DNA of 18,232 nt from a virus (IMGVR_UViG_2778261667_000006:1-18232), one strand, 5' to 3'. Counted from the stretch's first letter, positions 1 to 9,608 are shown. Program-made: numbers and translations. The notes: generated by a model from the letters alone, not told the origin.

Positions 1-1688
1 TCAATAAGCAGGCCATCACGTTCAAATCGTGGCTCGTCAATGGCAGCCTCTGTCAGCACACCAGATTTGTTAATATAGGTTGCCGTTGACGCCCTGGTAA
101 ATGAAACAACCTTTTCAGATGGCAATGTAATAACATCGTCACCAACTGTGATGCTCTTATATCCCGGTGCGAACCCGGTAATCATATCCAGCGAATCGTT
201 AAACGGTATCCACACATCAGGCAGCGGTTGAATAATCTTCCGGGCATCCTCCAGTGGCAATGCTTCGACATCCGAGGCTGTTAAAGTAATATCTGACGAA
301 CCGTCAAATGAAACGTTGTTAATCTTCCGTGCTGTTTTTAATTTCGTTGCGGTGTCGGCATTCCCCGTTAGTGAACCGGTGATCCCGCCGTTGAAAGTCT
401 GGCGTTCACTCCATGTGTTAGCCGTGCTCAACAGGGGGATCTTTTCACCGCTTGTGCCGAGTTCTCTTAAACCAAGGTATTGGATGACAGCAAGGACACT
501 TGTTTTAGCCAGAATATCGCGACCGACTGACGTCAAATCAGTCTGGGCAACAGTATCTTTACCGGTAAAGTACGGCAATTTGTTTGCACCGGTCGCAAGG
601 CCAGCAAGCGCGGTTAAAGTTGCATCCAGAGGCTGTTTGCCTGCCAGCGCATTTGTCATTGTTGTCGCAAAGTTCGGATCATTGCCCAGTGCTGCTGCAA
701 GCTCATTCAGGGTATCAAGAGCTTCTGGTGATGAGCCGACCAATGCGGATATGGCCGCTCTTACATAAGCGGTCGTGGCAATCTGCGTATTGTTCGTACC
801 CTGTTCCGCAGTCGGCGCAGTAGGGATCCCAGTGAGGGCAGGACTTGCCAAAGGTGCTTTAAGAGCCAGTGCTTTATTAATAGTTTCACTGAACTTCGGA
901 TCGTTGTTGATGGCGGACGCAATTTCTTTCAGTGTATCCAGAGCCCCTGGTGCGCCATTGATCAGCGCATTTATAGCCGCATAGACAAAGGCCGCATTTG
1001 CGATCTGTGTGTTGTTTGTACCAGGTTCTGGTGTAGGCGAAGTTGGCGTCCCTGTCAGATTCGGGCTGTCGATCGGGGCTTTTGTATCAACCAAATCATG
1101 GAGGGTTTTGACAGCCAGGGGAGTAGCCGCTTTTCTCTCTTCTGTACTGCTTATTTCATTAGAGAACTCAACGCCAACAGCACGATTGACGCGGTATTTA
1201 AGCACAATCATTTCTTTAGTCACGGCTGTAGCACCGCTAGGCACGACAATTCGACATAATTCAATTTGATTCTGCCCGATAGTGTTGTCCGTGCGAACGT
1301 ATATTCTGGCAGCACTGACAGAAGATGTGATATCTACCTGGGTCGTTTTTACACCATGTTCAAAATTAGCTTCCAGCACAATAATGTTCGTAGCCCCGGC
1401 CTTTACCGGAACAATCACATCTTCTATTTGTTGAACGGATATCTGAACATTATTTACATCTACTGAAGCAGCCCCCTTACCATCTGAATTTTCAGAAGTA
1501 ATACGGACACTCAATCCTGTGCCGGGAACTGGTTCAAATCCGCAGTAAAAACCTGGCAAAACAATATTTTTTAACTTCCTGTTAATAGCCGAACTACTAT
1601 ACAGTTCGAAATATTGAACATCAGCAAGCAGTGGCTGTGTGACGCCTGAAGATAGTGTCATTATGTTTTTCGTTTTATCAGCCCCCAT
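1..1688 (-). CDS. Side tail fibre protein, N-terminal 562 codons; the C-terminal (receptor-binding) part lies beyond the window start
   Basis: Minus-strand frame opens at ATG 1688-1686 (GAGGGG 5 nt upstream; in-frame TGA 4 codons upstream) and runs without a stop to position 3. It is absent from the ORF track because it has no stop inside the window. The translation carries two tandem copies of a KAPxxSPxLTGxPTxPT...GTNNTQIA...NDPxF motif, then LAGKQP...NKLPYFTG and GNADTATKLKTARKINNVSFDGSSDITLT. I recognise these as the conserved shaft segment shared by lambda Stf, P2 H, P1 S and Mu S type fibres. Confidence 0.85.
   Translation of the reverse strand, partial: MGADKTKNIMTLSSGVTQPLLADVQYFELYSSSAINRKLKNIVLPGFYCGFEPVPGTGLSVRITSENSDGKGAASVDVNNVQISVQQIEDVIVPVKAGATNIIVLEANFEHGVKTTQVDITSSVSAARIYVRTDNTIGQNQIELCRIVVPSGATAVTKEMIVLKYRVNRAVGVEFSNEISSTEERKAATPLAVKTLHDLVDTKAPIDSPNLTGTPTSPTPEPGTNNTQIANAAFVYAAINALINGAPGALDTLKEIASAINNDPKFSETINKALALKAPLASPALTGIPTAPTAEQGTNNTQIATTAYVRAAISALVGSSPEALDTLNELAAALGNDPNFATTMTNALAGKQPLDATLTALAGLATGANKLPYFTGKDTVAQTDLTSVGRDILAKTSVLAVIQYLGLRELGTSGEKIPLLSTANTWSERQTFNGGITGSLTGNADTATKLKTARKINNVSFDGSSDITLTASDVEALPLEDARKIIQPLPDVWIPFNDSLDMITGFAPGYKSITVGDDVITLPSEKVVSFTRASTATYINKSGVLTEAAIDEPRFERDGLLI
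639..1082 (-). repeat. Intragenic tandem duplication in the tail fibre gene (two diverged units of about 222 bp, codons 203-276 and 277-350)
   Basis: The two units encode KAPIDSPNLTGTPTSPTPEPGTNNTQIANAAFVYAAINALINGAPGALDTLKEIASAINNDPKFSETINKALAL and KAPLASPALTGIPTAPTAEQGTNNTQIATTAYVRAAISALVGSSPEALDTLNELAAALGNDPNFATTMTNALAG. The duplication is also visible as similar spurious plus-strand ORFs at 775-984 and 1009-1269. Confidence 0.6.
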
Positions 1689-1690
1689 AA

Positions 1691-2137
1691 TCACCCCTCA
1701 ACTTGCTCGATTGTCATGAGAATGCTGTAACGCTTACCTTTGTAGAGAGTATCCTGTTGGGTACAAAGCACGCCAAAAGCCTGATCTTCAGCATCAACAA
1801 GCACAAGCGTGTTAAAGTCATAGGGCGTGTTATCCGGCATTCTTTCTTGAGGGAAGGCAGCATTGATAGTGATAATTCCATCCACACTGGACAATATCAG
1901 ATCGGAAGCAGCAAACTGTTGAGCGTCACTCAATTTAAAATCGAGTGGAATATCAGCAATATTCCAGCCACCCGCACCATTTGCAGTTACCAGGCCAGAT
2001 TTGCACCAATACGCCTTAGAGATAACGAAACGCGCACCTTTACCGATCGCTGATTCGGCACGGCGTGAATAGTAGTAGGAAAGCAATTGTGCCTTATACA
2101 GGCTATTGCCATCTCTTGCCTTTAAATTTTCTGCCAT
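1691..2137 (-). CDS. Hypothetical 148-aa protein immediately upstream of the tail fibre gene; tail-fibre or baseplate associated by position only
   Basis: ORF-track frame; ATG preceded by GAAGGGG; its TGA stop lies 2 nt before the fibre ATG, suggesting translational coupling. No motif recognised. Confidence 0.5.
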   Translation of the reverse strand: MAENLKARDGNSLYKAQLLSYYYSRRAESAIGKGARFVISKAYWCKSGLVTANGAGGWNIADIPLDFKLSDAQQFAASDLILSSVDGIITINAAFPQERMPDNTPYDFNTLVLVDAEDQAFGVLCTQQDTLYKGKRYSILMTIEQVEG

Positions 2138-2206
2138 ACGAACATAGCCCCTTCATAAGCAATGAACCAAAGGAGAGTATGCTCAGTTTGTGATTTCCGT
2201 TGTTCT

Positions 2207-2225
2207 TCCCCCTGGTGCAGGGGGA
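2207..2225 (-). other. Intercistronic GC-rich stem-loop (7-bp stem CCCCCTG/CAGGGGG, 3-nt loop), no U-tract
   Basis: Perfect inverted repeat read directly from the sequence, between the 281-aa gene stop (2234) and the 148-aa gene start (2137). Confidence 0.4.
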
Positions 2226-2233
2226 GAGTGTGA

Positions 2234-3079
2234 TCAAACAGGCGGAAGGTGGTAATCTAAAGGCCAGGCATCTAGTGGGATCACATCAAGATGTAATTGC
2301 TTTTCTGCCGTTCTGTTCGGTATGGCGTTAAGAGAAATATTATCTACCTGGCAGGAAGCATCACTACTGTATAGCATATCAGCCATACTCTCAGTAACAT
2401 AAACACCTTCAATTACCGAAACATCCGTAGACAAGCAATTTAGTATTTCTGCCACTTCAGGGAATACAGCACTAAGCCGAAACGAGACGCCATCAAAAAC
2501 AATATGCAATGGCAACAAAGGGGCTATTACTGTTTCGAAGTCAGATAACAATTTCTGCACAGCGGATTCTTTATCCTGCTCTCCATATGATCGATATAGC
2601 TTGTTCTGATCAACAACGACAAGCCCCCTTGATGTCAGGAAGAACTCACCGAATTGAGCCTGTGCCGTAGGTATTTCTATTTCGGTCGCAAAATATGAAC
2701 CATAGGGGTGTTTTTCTATATTTACAGGAGCATACAGCGGTTCCCAACTAACAGGAATACAACCGAATTCACGCCAGAATGTCTGCTCAATAGGCAAGAT
2801 AGTGCCTTTAAAGTGCACTTCATCTAAACGTTGCGCCAGAAGCATTGGTCTGCGGGTCTTATCTTTTTCGGTGATAACGAAAAAACGCCCGTATTCGGCA
2901 ATGCGTGCATCCATATCCTCACTGTCCATCGTGAAGAAAGATTTCCTGTTACTTATCCGTGTTAAGATTGGTTCTACAGCTTCATTCCAGACATCCTGTA
3001 AAGCGTCTATAAAGGCACCCCAGAGACGAGAATCCTGTTTTACCTTAGTTAACCGTTCCTTAAGCCAATTATCTTTCAT
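2234..3079 (-). CDS. Baseplate protein, 281 aa; position equivalent to P2 gpI / Mu gp48-type baseplate component
   Basis: ORF-track frame; ATG with GAGG 6 nt upstream; sits between a J-like gene and the fibre gene. Function inferred from gene order, not from a recognised motif. Confidence 0.5.
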   Translation of the reverse strand: MKDNWLKERLTKVKQDSRLWGAFIDALQDVWNEAVEPILTRISNRKSFFTMDSEDMDARIAEYGRFFVITEKDKTRRPMLLAQRLDEVHFKGTILPIEQTFWREFGCIPVSWEPLYAPVNIEKHPYGSYFATEIEIPTAQAQFGEFFLTSRGLVVVDQNKLYRSYGEQDKESAVQKLLSDFETVIAPLLPLHIVFDGVSFRLSAVFPEVAEILNCLSTDVSVIEGVYVTESMADMLYSSDASCQVDNISLNAIPNRTAEKQLHLDVIPLDAWPLDYHLPPV

Positions 3080-3089
3080 GTCAACCTCA

Positions 3090-4520
3090 TTACGGATAAG
3101 AAATGCTGAACGTAGAAGATTTTACGTCAAGATAAATAAAGTCATTAAAGTAAACAGCATCCTTCATATTTTGTATTTTTATGTCATAAGAGAGAAACAT
3201 ATCCAGTGATTCTATTACTCGCCAAATATCTTTAACTTTTACCTGTGCATAACATTGCTGGGAATCATCATCACTCTGTAGTAATAAACTGAATGATGAC
3301 GAATCACGACCAAAATTATCTTCCAACGCTGCTTTAATAGCATTTTGAGCGTCGTCGATCAGAACATTTTTACGTGCAATACCTGTAAAATTTATAGTAA
3401 ATGGCTGTTCATTTGTATCTACATACTCGAACCGCTTGTTCAACTCATTTGGAACATTCTCTAGAGCTTTCAGTATTTCTGATTTTAGCTGAGCTTGGCT
3501 TACACCCGGCTTATGTCCGCAAAAGAAAATCTTGTTGATGTTTCGAACGTCAAACCCAGTTATTTTTTCTTGTAACGCTTCGCCCCAAACGTTCAACCAT
3601 GAAGTTCCATGTACAACATTCTGAATGAATTGGCGATAATCACCGCCCCATACCACTTGTTCATCGTATGCAACATAATACTGAGCACGATTTCGAGTTT
3701 CTTCTGTAGTTTCCATGCCACTACCACCGGTAATGATCGAATCAGTTTTAAACTCTAGTGACTCCACATATTGAGCGATATTTCCAACCGGTTCTAACTT
3801 TTGTCCTTCAGCCAAAGTATAGTCGCCAAGACTAGCCATAACATCAATTCGAACCTGACAACCTGCTGGCGGCATCATACCCATAGAGCCATCACCAAAT
3901 TTAACTCCAAGTTGTTCTGTAGGTTTATATGCCAATGAATAGTGCTTACTCTTGTCTCTGGACATTCTAAATAATGGGTTATATGTCCATTTTTCTTCTA
4001 CGCCATCTGTAATAACATAAACGTCTAGGCTAGAGACTTCTTTTGTTAACTCTCTGGAAAGCAACAACGTCAGAAATAAAGTTTCCTTCTCAATATCAAA
4101 TGTAACGCTAACAGCTTCGTGCTGTTTGATTTCTACGCCAGAAACAGTTCCTCCAGCAGGAACCACAACACTATTAATAATTGCCAAAGGTGTTTGGTCA
4201 TTAGCAAGCAATTCAGCCCCGGCTGGTAACGTAATATCCCGATCAGTTTTATTGGTTATAGACGTTGTTCCGTATGAAGCACTAACAAATCGCCCTACGT
4301 AGCTACGGTCTTCAGCAACAGCTAAAATACTTGAGCGGCGCGTAGCCGTTGAAATAAGTCCCTCAGTGAGTCCACGGCTTGCAAATGTACGGGCAATATA
4401 AATAACCTGTGATCCGAATATAGCGTGCATCTGCACAAACTGACTATTTACAAATCGTGACCACCATGTGTTTTCATTTAACTTGGCGTTAAATTTGTCC
4501 AGTAATTCTGTAATAGTCAC
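3090..4520 (-). CDS. Baseplate J-like protein, 476 aa
   Basis: ORF-track frame with a GTG start at 4520-4518 overlapping the upstream gene's TGA stop (GTGA, coupled). Size and position directly after a gpW/gp25-like gene match the conserved W-J-I-fibre order of contractile-tail baseplate modules. Confidence 0.5.
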   Translation of the reverse strand: MTITELLDKFNAKLNENTWWSRFVNSQFVQMHAIFGSQVIYIARTFASRGLTEGLISTATRRSSILAVAEDRSYVGRFVSASYGTTSITNKTDRDITLPAGAELLANDQTPLAIINSVVVPAGGTVSGVEIKQHEAVSVTFDIEKETLFLTLLLSRELTKEVSSLDVYVITDGVEEKWTYNPLFRMSRDKSKHYSLAYKPTEQLGVKFGDGSMGMMPPAGCQVRIDVMASLGDYTLAEGQKLEPVGNIAQYVESLEFKTDSIITGGSGMETTEETRNRAQYYVAYDEQVVWGGDYRQFIQNVVHGTSWLNVWGEALQEKITGFDVRNINKIFFCGHKPGVSQAQLKSEILKALENVPNELNKRFEYVDTNEQPFTINFTGIARKNVLIDDAQNAIKAALEDNFGRDSSSFSLLLQSDDDSQQCYAQVKVKDIWRVIESLDMFLSYDIKIQNMKDAVYFNDFIYLDVKSSTFSISYP

Positions 4521-4891
4521 GCGCCCACCCCACTTGATTTCTGCATAACAATATCCATGCTCCCACCTTTCGCATAAAAACTAATTAATAAAGAATCTTC
4601 AGAAATTGATGTGCAACGAATCCCCTGCACATCCAAACCTGGCAAGTCTTGTCGTAGTTTTTTCATCATTCTCCCTTCAATAGCCACTTCAACTATGTGT
4701 GAAGTTTCAGAGCCGAATGGTTCATGCTTAAATTCTTCCATTGGATTCCCCCAAGAAGGTAAGCCATAAACACTCCCTTCAGGGGTTCGTAGCCACTCGT
4801 CAAGGCGGGCCATCCACGCTGCGGTACTTCCTTCTGCAATAATGACACCGCTCTCATTCGTTTGAAGTCTTGCGTCTATTTCGTAAAGCAT
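4517..4891 (-). CDS. Baseplate wedge protein, gpW/gp25-like, 124 aa
   Basis: ORF-track frame; ATG with GAGGA upstream. The segment LDEWLRTPEGSVYGLPSWG resembles the ILRTPxGSR core motif I recall from P2 gpW / T4 gp25 family proteins; size and position fit. Confidence 0.55.
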   Translation of the reverse strand: MLYEIDARLQTNESGVIIAEGSTAAWMARLDEWLRTPEGSVYGLPSWGNPMEEFKHEPFGSETSHIVEVAIEGRMMKKLRQDLPGLDVQGIRCTSISEDSLLISFYAKGGSMDIVMQKSSGVGA

Positions 4892-4896
4892 CGGTA

Positions 4897-7800
4897 TTAA
4901 TCCTCAAGTAGAGCATCCAGCGACGGGTCATTAATAGTTGTGCTCGCACGTGGCCGCGGCTGCGGCTGCGATGTTTTGACAACCTTATCTGGATCTCCTT
5001 TTGTATCATTTTTGTTCACATTAAGAAGGTCTTTCAGAATAGAACAGATGTTATCCAGCGCCTTCAACATAGCAGGATCGTTATTTGCGGTGTCAGTAGT
5101 TAATGGTTGTCTTATTCCGCTTCGAGCAAGATCGGTTACTGTGGGAAGCTGTGGCGGCATAGCAAGAAAAGGTTCCTGCACGGCTGACGCAGAGCCAAAT
5201 ATGGTATTATTTGCCTCAGTTGATATTCCCCTGATGCTATCAGCGGTTTGCTGAATACCATTATTTAGCCAACCACCAGCACTTCTTGTAAGTGGGCTAA
5301 TCGCCCTGGCGATTGTTGAATTCTGCCCTGTAGCCTGATAGACAAAATCATTCAATATGCCAGTGCCATCGATGCCACCAACAAGTTGTGAAATGTTGTC
5401 ACCAATTGCAGGTAATACAGCCGAACCAATGCGCTTCATACCTGTTAATGACGAATCAAACAAAGAGCCAAGAAATCCCTTATCTTCGCCGTCTATTATC
5501 TTATTGCCATTGTTATAGACAGGAATTCCTTTTGAGTTTACTGGTGTTTTTTTATTATCTGTTGACTGTGAATCGCCAGAGAGAAGATCGACCGAAGATG
5601 TATCGCGTTCAGGTGCCGATCTTTTTTGTATAGCCTCTCTGATATCAGCCACCTGGGGAGCTTTTTTGAATCCAAAAGATTTACCGGTCAAGTTGGATAT
5701 CTTTTCGGTCAGAGCTTGATCCATTCCCTTCGCCTTTTCAGAGAGCGAAGATATAGAACCAAATGAAGTAGCTGACGCAAAATCCTTAACCAAGTCCAGA
5801 CTTGTACCAGCAAGACTGGTAGCCGCACCACCAAATAAATTACTTACTCCACTGATACCGCTTTCATTTATGGCGATTAACCGCTCAAGCAAACTCGATG
5901 GCGAGGCAGTATTAACATCAGAGTTCTCTGGATTAACCAGTTGTGGTTGGTTACCTGTTTTTTGTGTTTTTTTTGCTGCTTGGGCATGTTGAGCAACCTC
6001 AATTGGCTTAGGTGTTGCTGTTGGAACTGCATTCAATACAGGTTGTGCCGGAGATGTGCCATCAGCATATTTCACCTTGCGACCAACACTATATTGCGAA
6101 TCACGAGCAATTAGCTGACCGCCATTCTCTTTCTGAATTTTATTAAGCCGCGCCAATGTTTCATCGGAGAAACGCCCTTCCCAACGACCAGTATTTGCGT
6201 TGAATACCCCAAGGGCATTCTTTATGAACTCATTGTTAACCGCCGGGTTTCCGCCTTCTTTAGTCGCTATTGCGCGAACTAATTGCGTCATAACCTCTGG
6301 GTTGCCTACGTCTATTTTTTCATTAGGCGAGACACCAAGATATTTGCTGACGTTATCAATATATTGATTAGTATTGTTCTCCTTTGGGGGTGCCCATTTT
6401 GAAATAATACTGGATACCGTTTGTAACTTCTGATATCCGGCAGCGGCACTGGTGCCGTTATAATAGCTGGATACTTGGTTTGCCAGCGCCCTGATTCCTT
6501 CTTCAGGCGTGTTGAATCGGGCAAAACGCTGTTCACCTTTTGCATTTGGCGCTTCCAGCGTCGCCCCTTCCTGATTGGCAAAAACAAGATTGCCGAGATT
6601 ATTATTTCGGTAATTTCGGTTTTTAGCGTTGCTGCCGCCAATATTCAGATCAGCTGCAATGGTGTTGCTGGCAGGGGCATTAAATTCAGCCGGGGAAGTA
6701 TACCCGTGCTCACCAACACCATCTTCACCATCACGCCCGCCTTGTAGCTGCTCACCTAAAGAATGAATCGCATCAACGGTCTTCTTGGTGCCATCCTCAA
6801 CCGCTTTTTTTACTTGCTGCGTGTTTTCATCAGTGGATAAAAATTTATCCTTAAGGCTACCAAAAGCAGATTTAGTGATATCTACTGCGCCATTAACACC
6901 ACGCGCAATATCTCCGGTATCAAAATTCTGAAGTTTTTCACCTGCCCTTTCGAAGCCTAACGCAGAAATTCCTTTGCCTATTAGATTGGTTGCACCAGAA
7001 ACTAAGCCTCCCATATCAAGAACATTAGCGGTTGCGTAAGCGGTTTTTTGCTGTGTGGATACAACATCATCATCACTTAAGCCAAAGGCCGCTTTTTGCG
7101 CATCTGTATCTGTGTAACCATCTATAGCGTCATATCCAGCCATTGCCAACGACCCGATGATGGGGATCGCTCTTGCTGCTGTTGATGCTGCCGATTTCAC
7201 ACCTATTTTGGCAGCACTTTTGAGGGCTACAGATTCAGTTTTTTTCTTTGCAATGGTTTCACCGGTTTTAACTGCGGCATCTTCGGTAACGACACCGGCA
7301 GACTTAACGGCTTTTGCAGTATTTTTTGTTTCTTTAGCAGCCCCCTTAGAAGCGTCACTAGCCGTGCTTATATCTTTGGCTTTGCTAACATTAGTTTTAA
7401 CAGTCTTTGCAGTTCCTGCGCCAACGCCAGCCGCAGCGGTTCCGGCAGCGGCTTTTTCTCCAACGGAAAGGGCTTTTTTCCCCAGATTGCGTCCTTTCCT
7501 TTTCGGTTTGTGTCGTTTATTTCTGCTGGTCTGATCGCCAATATTGATTTTATTTCTTCTACCTGGCCGATTTCTCCAGAGATCACTTAAGCCGAACTTA
7601 TTCCCAGAAGACACCGACTTGCGAAGCTTAGCTACTTCGTCAGAGACATTTTCCAAACCATCAATTATTTTGTTGTCATTGGCCTGAAGAATTTTTGTTT
7701 GCTCTTCTACTGCTTGTGTAGATCTTGTCTCAACTGCATTATTAAATGCAGTTGCAGAGGTTGTTTTTTGTGCATTGGATGCAGCCGGATAAGTGATCGC

Positions 7801-8637
7801 TGGCGATTTCGCTTCGTGATCTGGTGGATTATCTACCCACTCCTTAAGAGATTTTGTTTTCCCTGTAATCTCTTTTGTTATGTCATACATGCCGCGAGCC
7901 GCCATCCATAACGGGCCACCAGCACCGACACCAGCAGCATTTGTTATGGCTTCTTCACCTGCAGACTGATGGCCATCCATCCCCATAATGGAACCTAGTT
8001 TTCGGAGGAAGCCTGCTTGTAATTTTGCGTCGGCTTTACGCGCGTTCTGCAATTCTTTTTTTCTGGCTATATCCTCATTGCTTTTCTGGGATACAAAGCG
8101 TCCATTACTATCCCGAATCGGGCCTTTTGGGCTTTGGGGGGGTTGAAGTTCCAGAGAGGCAGAATTAGCTGCTACCGGTATAGAATCTTTCGACCTTTTG
8201 ATGGACTGGCGTGATCGCACAGAATGAACGCTTTCTGGTGTGTTAGTTGCAACGATAGAGCGATCTATGCCCTGGTCTATTAGTGCCCTCTCCTTTTTCG
8301 CAGGAAGACGTTTTTTATATGGATTAGTTTGGGCATCTCTAACGACATCAGGAGCGTCTTGCTCGTAGTTTTTACGCCTACGGGATAGCCTGTTACTAAC
8401 TTTACCTTGCTGTCCTCCCTGTTGAGTTATAGCGACACCACCAGAAAGAATGGCGTCTTTTATCTCAGCAAGTGCCTTAAGTTCGTTTGCGCTCGCCCCC
8501 TGAATGGCGTCAATTATTGCGATTCGGTCTTTATTTTCTTTCAAAATAACCTCTCTTTTACCAGCGGCGCTCAACGTTTCCCGGCTTGAGCTTTGTATTT
8601 TTCTTCCAGGGCTTTTGACATATGGAGTGCTCGCCAT
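4897..8637 (-). CDS. Large tail protein, 1246 aa; tape-measure-like / P1 Sit-like candidate
   Basis: Single 3.7-kb frame. Basic N-terminus, Ala/Gly-rich hydrophobic glycine-zipper-like segments (AAAGVGAGGPLWMAARG, AAGTAAAGVGAGTAK, IPIIGSLAMAGYDAI), a central globular-looking block (NLGNLVFANQEG...FARFNTPEEGIRALANQVSSYY...ISKWAPP) and a low-complexity C-terminus. Lies directly upstream of the baseplate genes. Weak SD at the ATG. Confidence 0.6.
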   Translation of the reverse strand: MASTPYVKSPGRKIQSSSRETLSAAGKREVILKENKDRIAIIDAIQGASANELKALAEIKDAILSGGVAITQQGGQQGKVSNRLSRRRKNYEQDAPDVVRDAQTNPYKKRLPAKKERALIDQGIDRSIVATNTPESVHSVRSRQSIKRSKDSIPVAANSASLELQPPQSPKGPIRDSNGRFVSQKSNEDIARKKELQNARKADAKLQAGFLRKLGSIMGMDGHQSAGEEAITNAAGVGAGGPLWMAARGMYDITKEITGKTKSLKEWVDNPPDHEAKSPAITYPAASNAQKTTSATAFNNAVETRSTQAVEEQTKILQANDNKIIDGLENVSDEVAKLRKSVSSGNKFGLSDLWRNRPGRRNKINIGDQTSRNKRHKPKRKGRNLGKKALSVGEKAAAGTAAAGVGAGTAKTVKTNVSKAKDISTASDASKGAAKETKNTAKAVKSAGVVTEDAAVKTGETIAKKKTESVALKSAAKIGVKSAASTAARAIPIIGSLAMAGYDAIDGYTDTDAQKAAFGLSDDDVVSTQQKTAYATANVLDMGGLVSGATNLIGKGISALGFERAGEKLQNFDTGDIARGVNGAVDITKSAFGSLKDKFLSTDENTQQVKKAVEDGTKKTVDAIHSLGEQLQGGRDGEDGVGEHGYTSPAEFNAPASNTIAADLNIGGSNAKNRNYRNNNLGNLVFANQEGATLEAPNAKGEQRFARFNTPEEGIRALANQVSSYYNGTSAAAGYQKLQTVSSIISKWAPPKENNTNQYIDNVSKYLGVSPNEKIDVGNPEVMTQLVRAIATKEGGNPAVNNEFIKNALGVFNANTGRWEGRFSDETLARLNKIQKENGGQLIARDSQYSVGRKVKYADGTSPAQPVLNAVPTATPKPIEVAQHAQAAKKTQKTGNQPQLVNPENSDVNTASPSSLLERLIAINESGISGVSNLFGGAATSLAGTSLDLVKDFASATSFGSISSLSEKAKGMDQALTEKISNLTGKSFGFKKAPQVADIREAIQKRSAPERDTSSVDLLSGDSQSTDNKKTPVNSKGIPVYNNGNKIIDGEDKGFLGSLFDSSLTGMKRIGSAVLPAIGDNISQLVGGIDGTGILNDFVYQATGQNSTIARAISPLTRSAGGWLNNGIQQTADSIRGISTEANNTIFGSASAVQEPFLAMPPQLPTVTDLARSGIRQPLTTDTANNDPAMLKALDNICSILKDLLNVNKNDTKGDPDKVVKTSQPQPRPRASTTINDPSLDALLED

Positions 8638-8691
8638 TGCGGTAATTGTTCAACGTCACTAACGGGCTGATATCCATACAGAGTCAGGTTG

Positions 8692-9513
8692 TTAATAATG
8701 GTTAGCCATCCATTCAGATCTAATTGATGGGATAAACTCTCTATTGAGAAAGGGGACGTACAGCGTGGTAGTCACGTCTGCACCCTCCTTAACGTTTTTG
8801 CATCGTTGTGGAGGCAGGATCAGGCGGCTTGTGCCTCGTTCAATAGCCATTTTTAAGCCGTGGCGAAGGTCTTTCTGCATGAGCTGAATGCGAGCTACCA
8901 GAGGGGTAAACTCGGTTTCCAGTGCCATGTTTTCAATAATATCGAATCGTCTGTTTGCAGCTTGTGTGAAGTCCTCCGGATCATCTTCAAGCGCCGTGCA
9001 TAAAGCGAGTTCAGCAATCCGCATACGTGCCACGCCAGCACTGTATTCGGGGCTTTTCATATCAGGAAGTGATGCCCGCATACGCTCAAGGAGTTCAGCG
9101 CCTTTCCCGGTTAATGGTTTAAGTATCCAGTCAGTTGGTACACCGTTAACTGGTACGTTGGTTTTTACGTAAGGCGGTACAGTGAGTATCTCTACTGTTT
9201 GAGCCAGATCACTCAGGTTTATATCAGCGTGATGCGTATTACCGCAGTGACCGCACTCATAGGAGTAGGTCATTACTGCATCGGGGCGCGAATTAACAAA
9301 TATCCACCAAAGGGCAGTTCTGCGATCCTGGACTGTCCAGTAAGCACTGTCGTTAATTTCACCATCCTGCATGGAGTTAAGGTACTCTGTAGTAGTTGCC
9401 TCATCTTCTGCCGGGTTCAGGTCAGAATATTTCAGCGCATCCTTCACGGTGGGTGCGTGGAACTGAATTTCTGTCTCAGGACGGGAAGGCAATGGGAATT
9501 TTGGAATGTTCAA
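8692..9513 (-). CDS. Hypothetical 273-aa protein, first gene of the leftward operon diverging from oriR; possible tail assembly protein by position
   Basis: ORF-track frame; ATG with GGAGG 12 nt upstream; contains a CGHCGNTHH cluster. No family recognised. Confidence 0.55.
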   Translation of the reverse strand: MNIPKFPLPSRPETEIQFHAPTVKDALKYSDLNPAEDEATTTEYLNSMQDGEINDSAYWTVQDRRTALWWIFVNSRPDAVMTYSYECGHCGNTHHADINLSDLAQTVEILTVPPYVKTNVPVNGVPTDWILKPLTGKGAELLERMRASLPDMKSPEYSAGVARMRIAELALCTALEDDPEDFTQAANRRFDIIENMALETEFTPLVARIQLMQKDLRHGLKMAIERGTSRLILPPQRCKNVKEGADVTTTLYVPFLNREFIPSIRSEWMANHY

Positions 9514-9599
9514 GTATTCCTCCGATAAGCAGGTGTCTGTTTATTCGTTGGAGGATAGGTAGTGTGTGAAATTGGGAGGAGCTTTGTAATTCTTCTTTT

Positions 9600-9608
9600 T
9601 TATCCACA
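9600..9608 (+). promoter_or_regulatory. DnaA box, perfect consensus TTATCCACA, at the outer edge of the origin
   Basis: Exact 9-mer read from the sequence; position relative to the GATC cluster and iterons matches P1-type oriR architecture. Confidence 0.6.

Noticed and set aside
316-1466. Plus-strand ORFs 316-768, 584-823, 775-984, 1009-1269 and 1266-1466
   Set aside because: They lie antisense to the continuous minus-strand tail fibre frame; their Ala/Gly/Val-rich translations and mutual similarity come from the fibre's internal duplication.
5900-7000. Lytic transglycosylase domain in the 1246-aa protein, by analogy with P1 Sit
   Set aside because: I could not find a convincing transglycosylase catalytic signature by eye, so no enzymatic domain is called.
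7157-7534. 125-aa Ala-rich plus-strand ORF
   Set aside because: Antisense to a low-complexity Ala/Gly/Lys region of the 1246-aa gene; no RBS.
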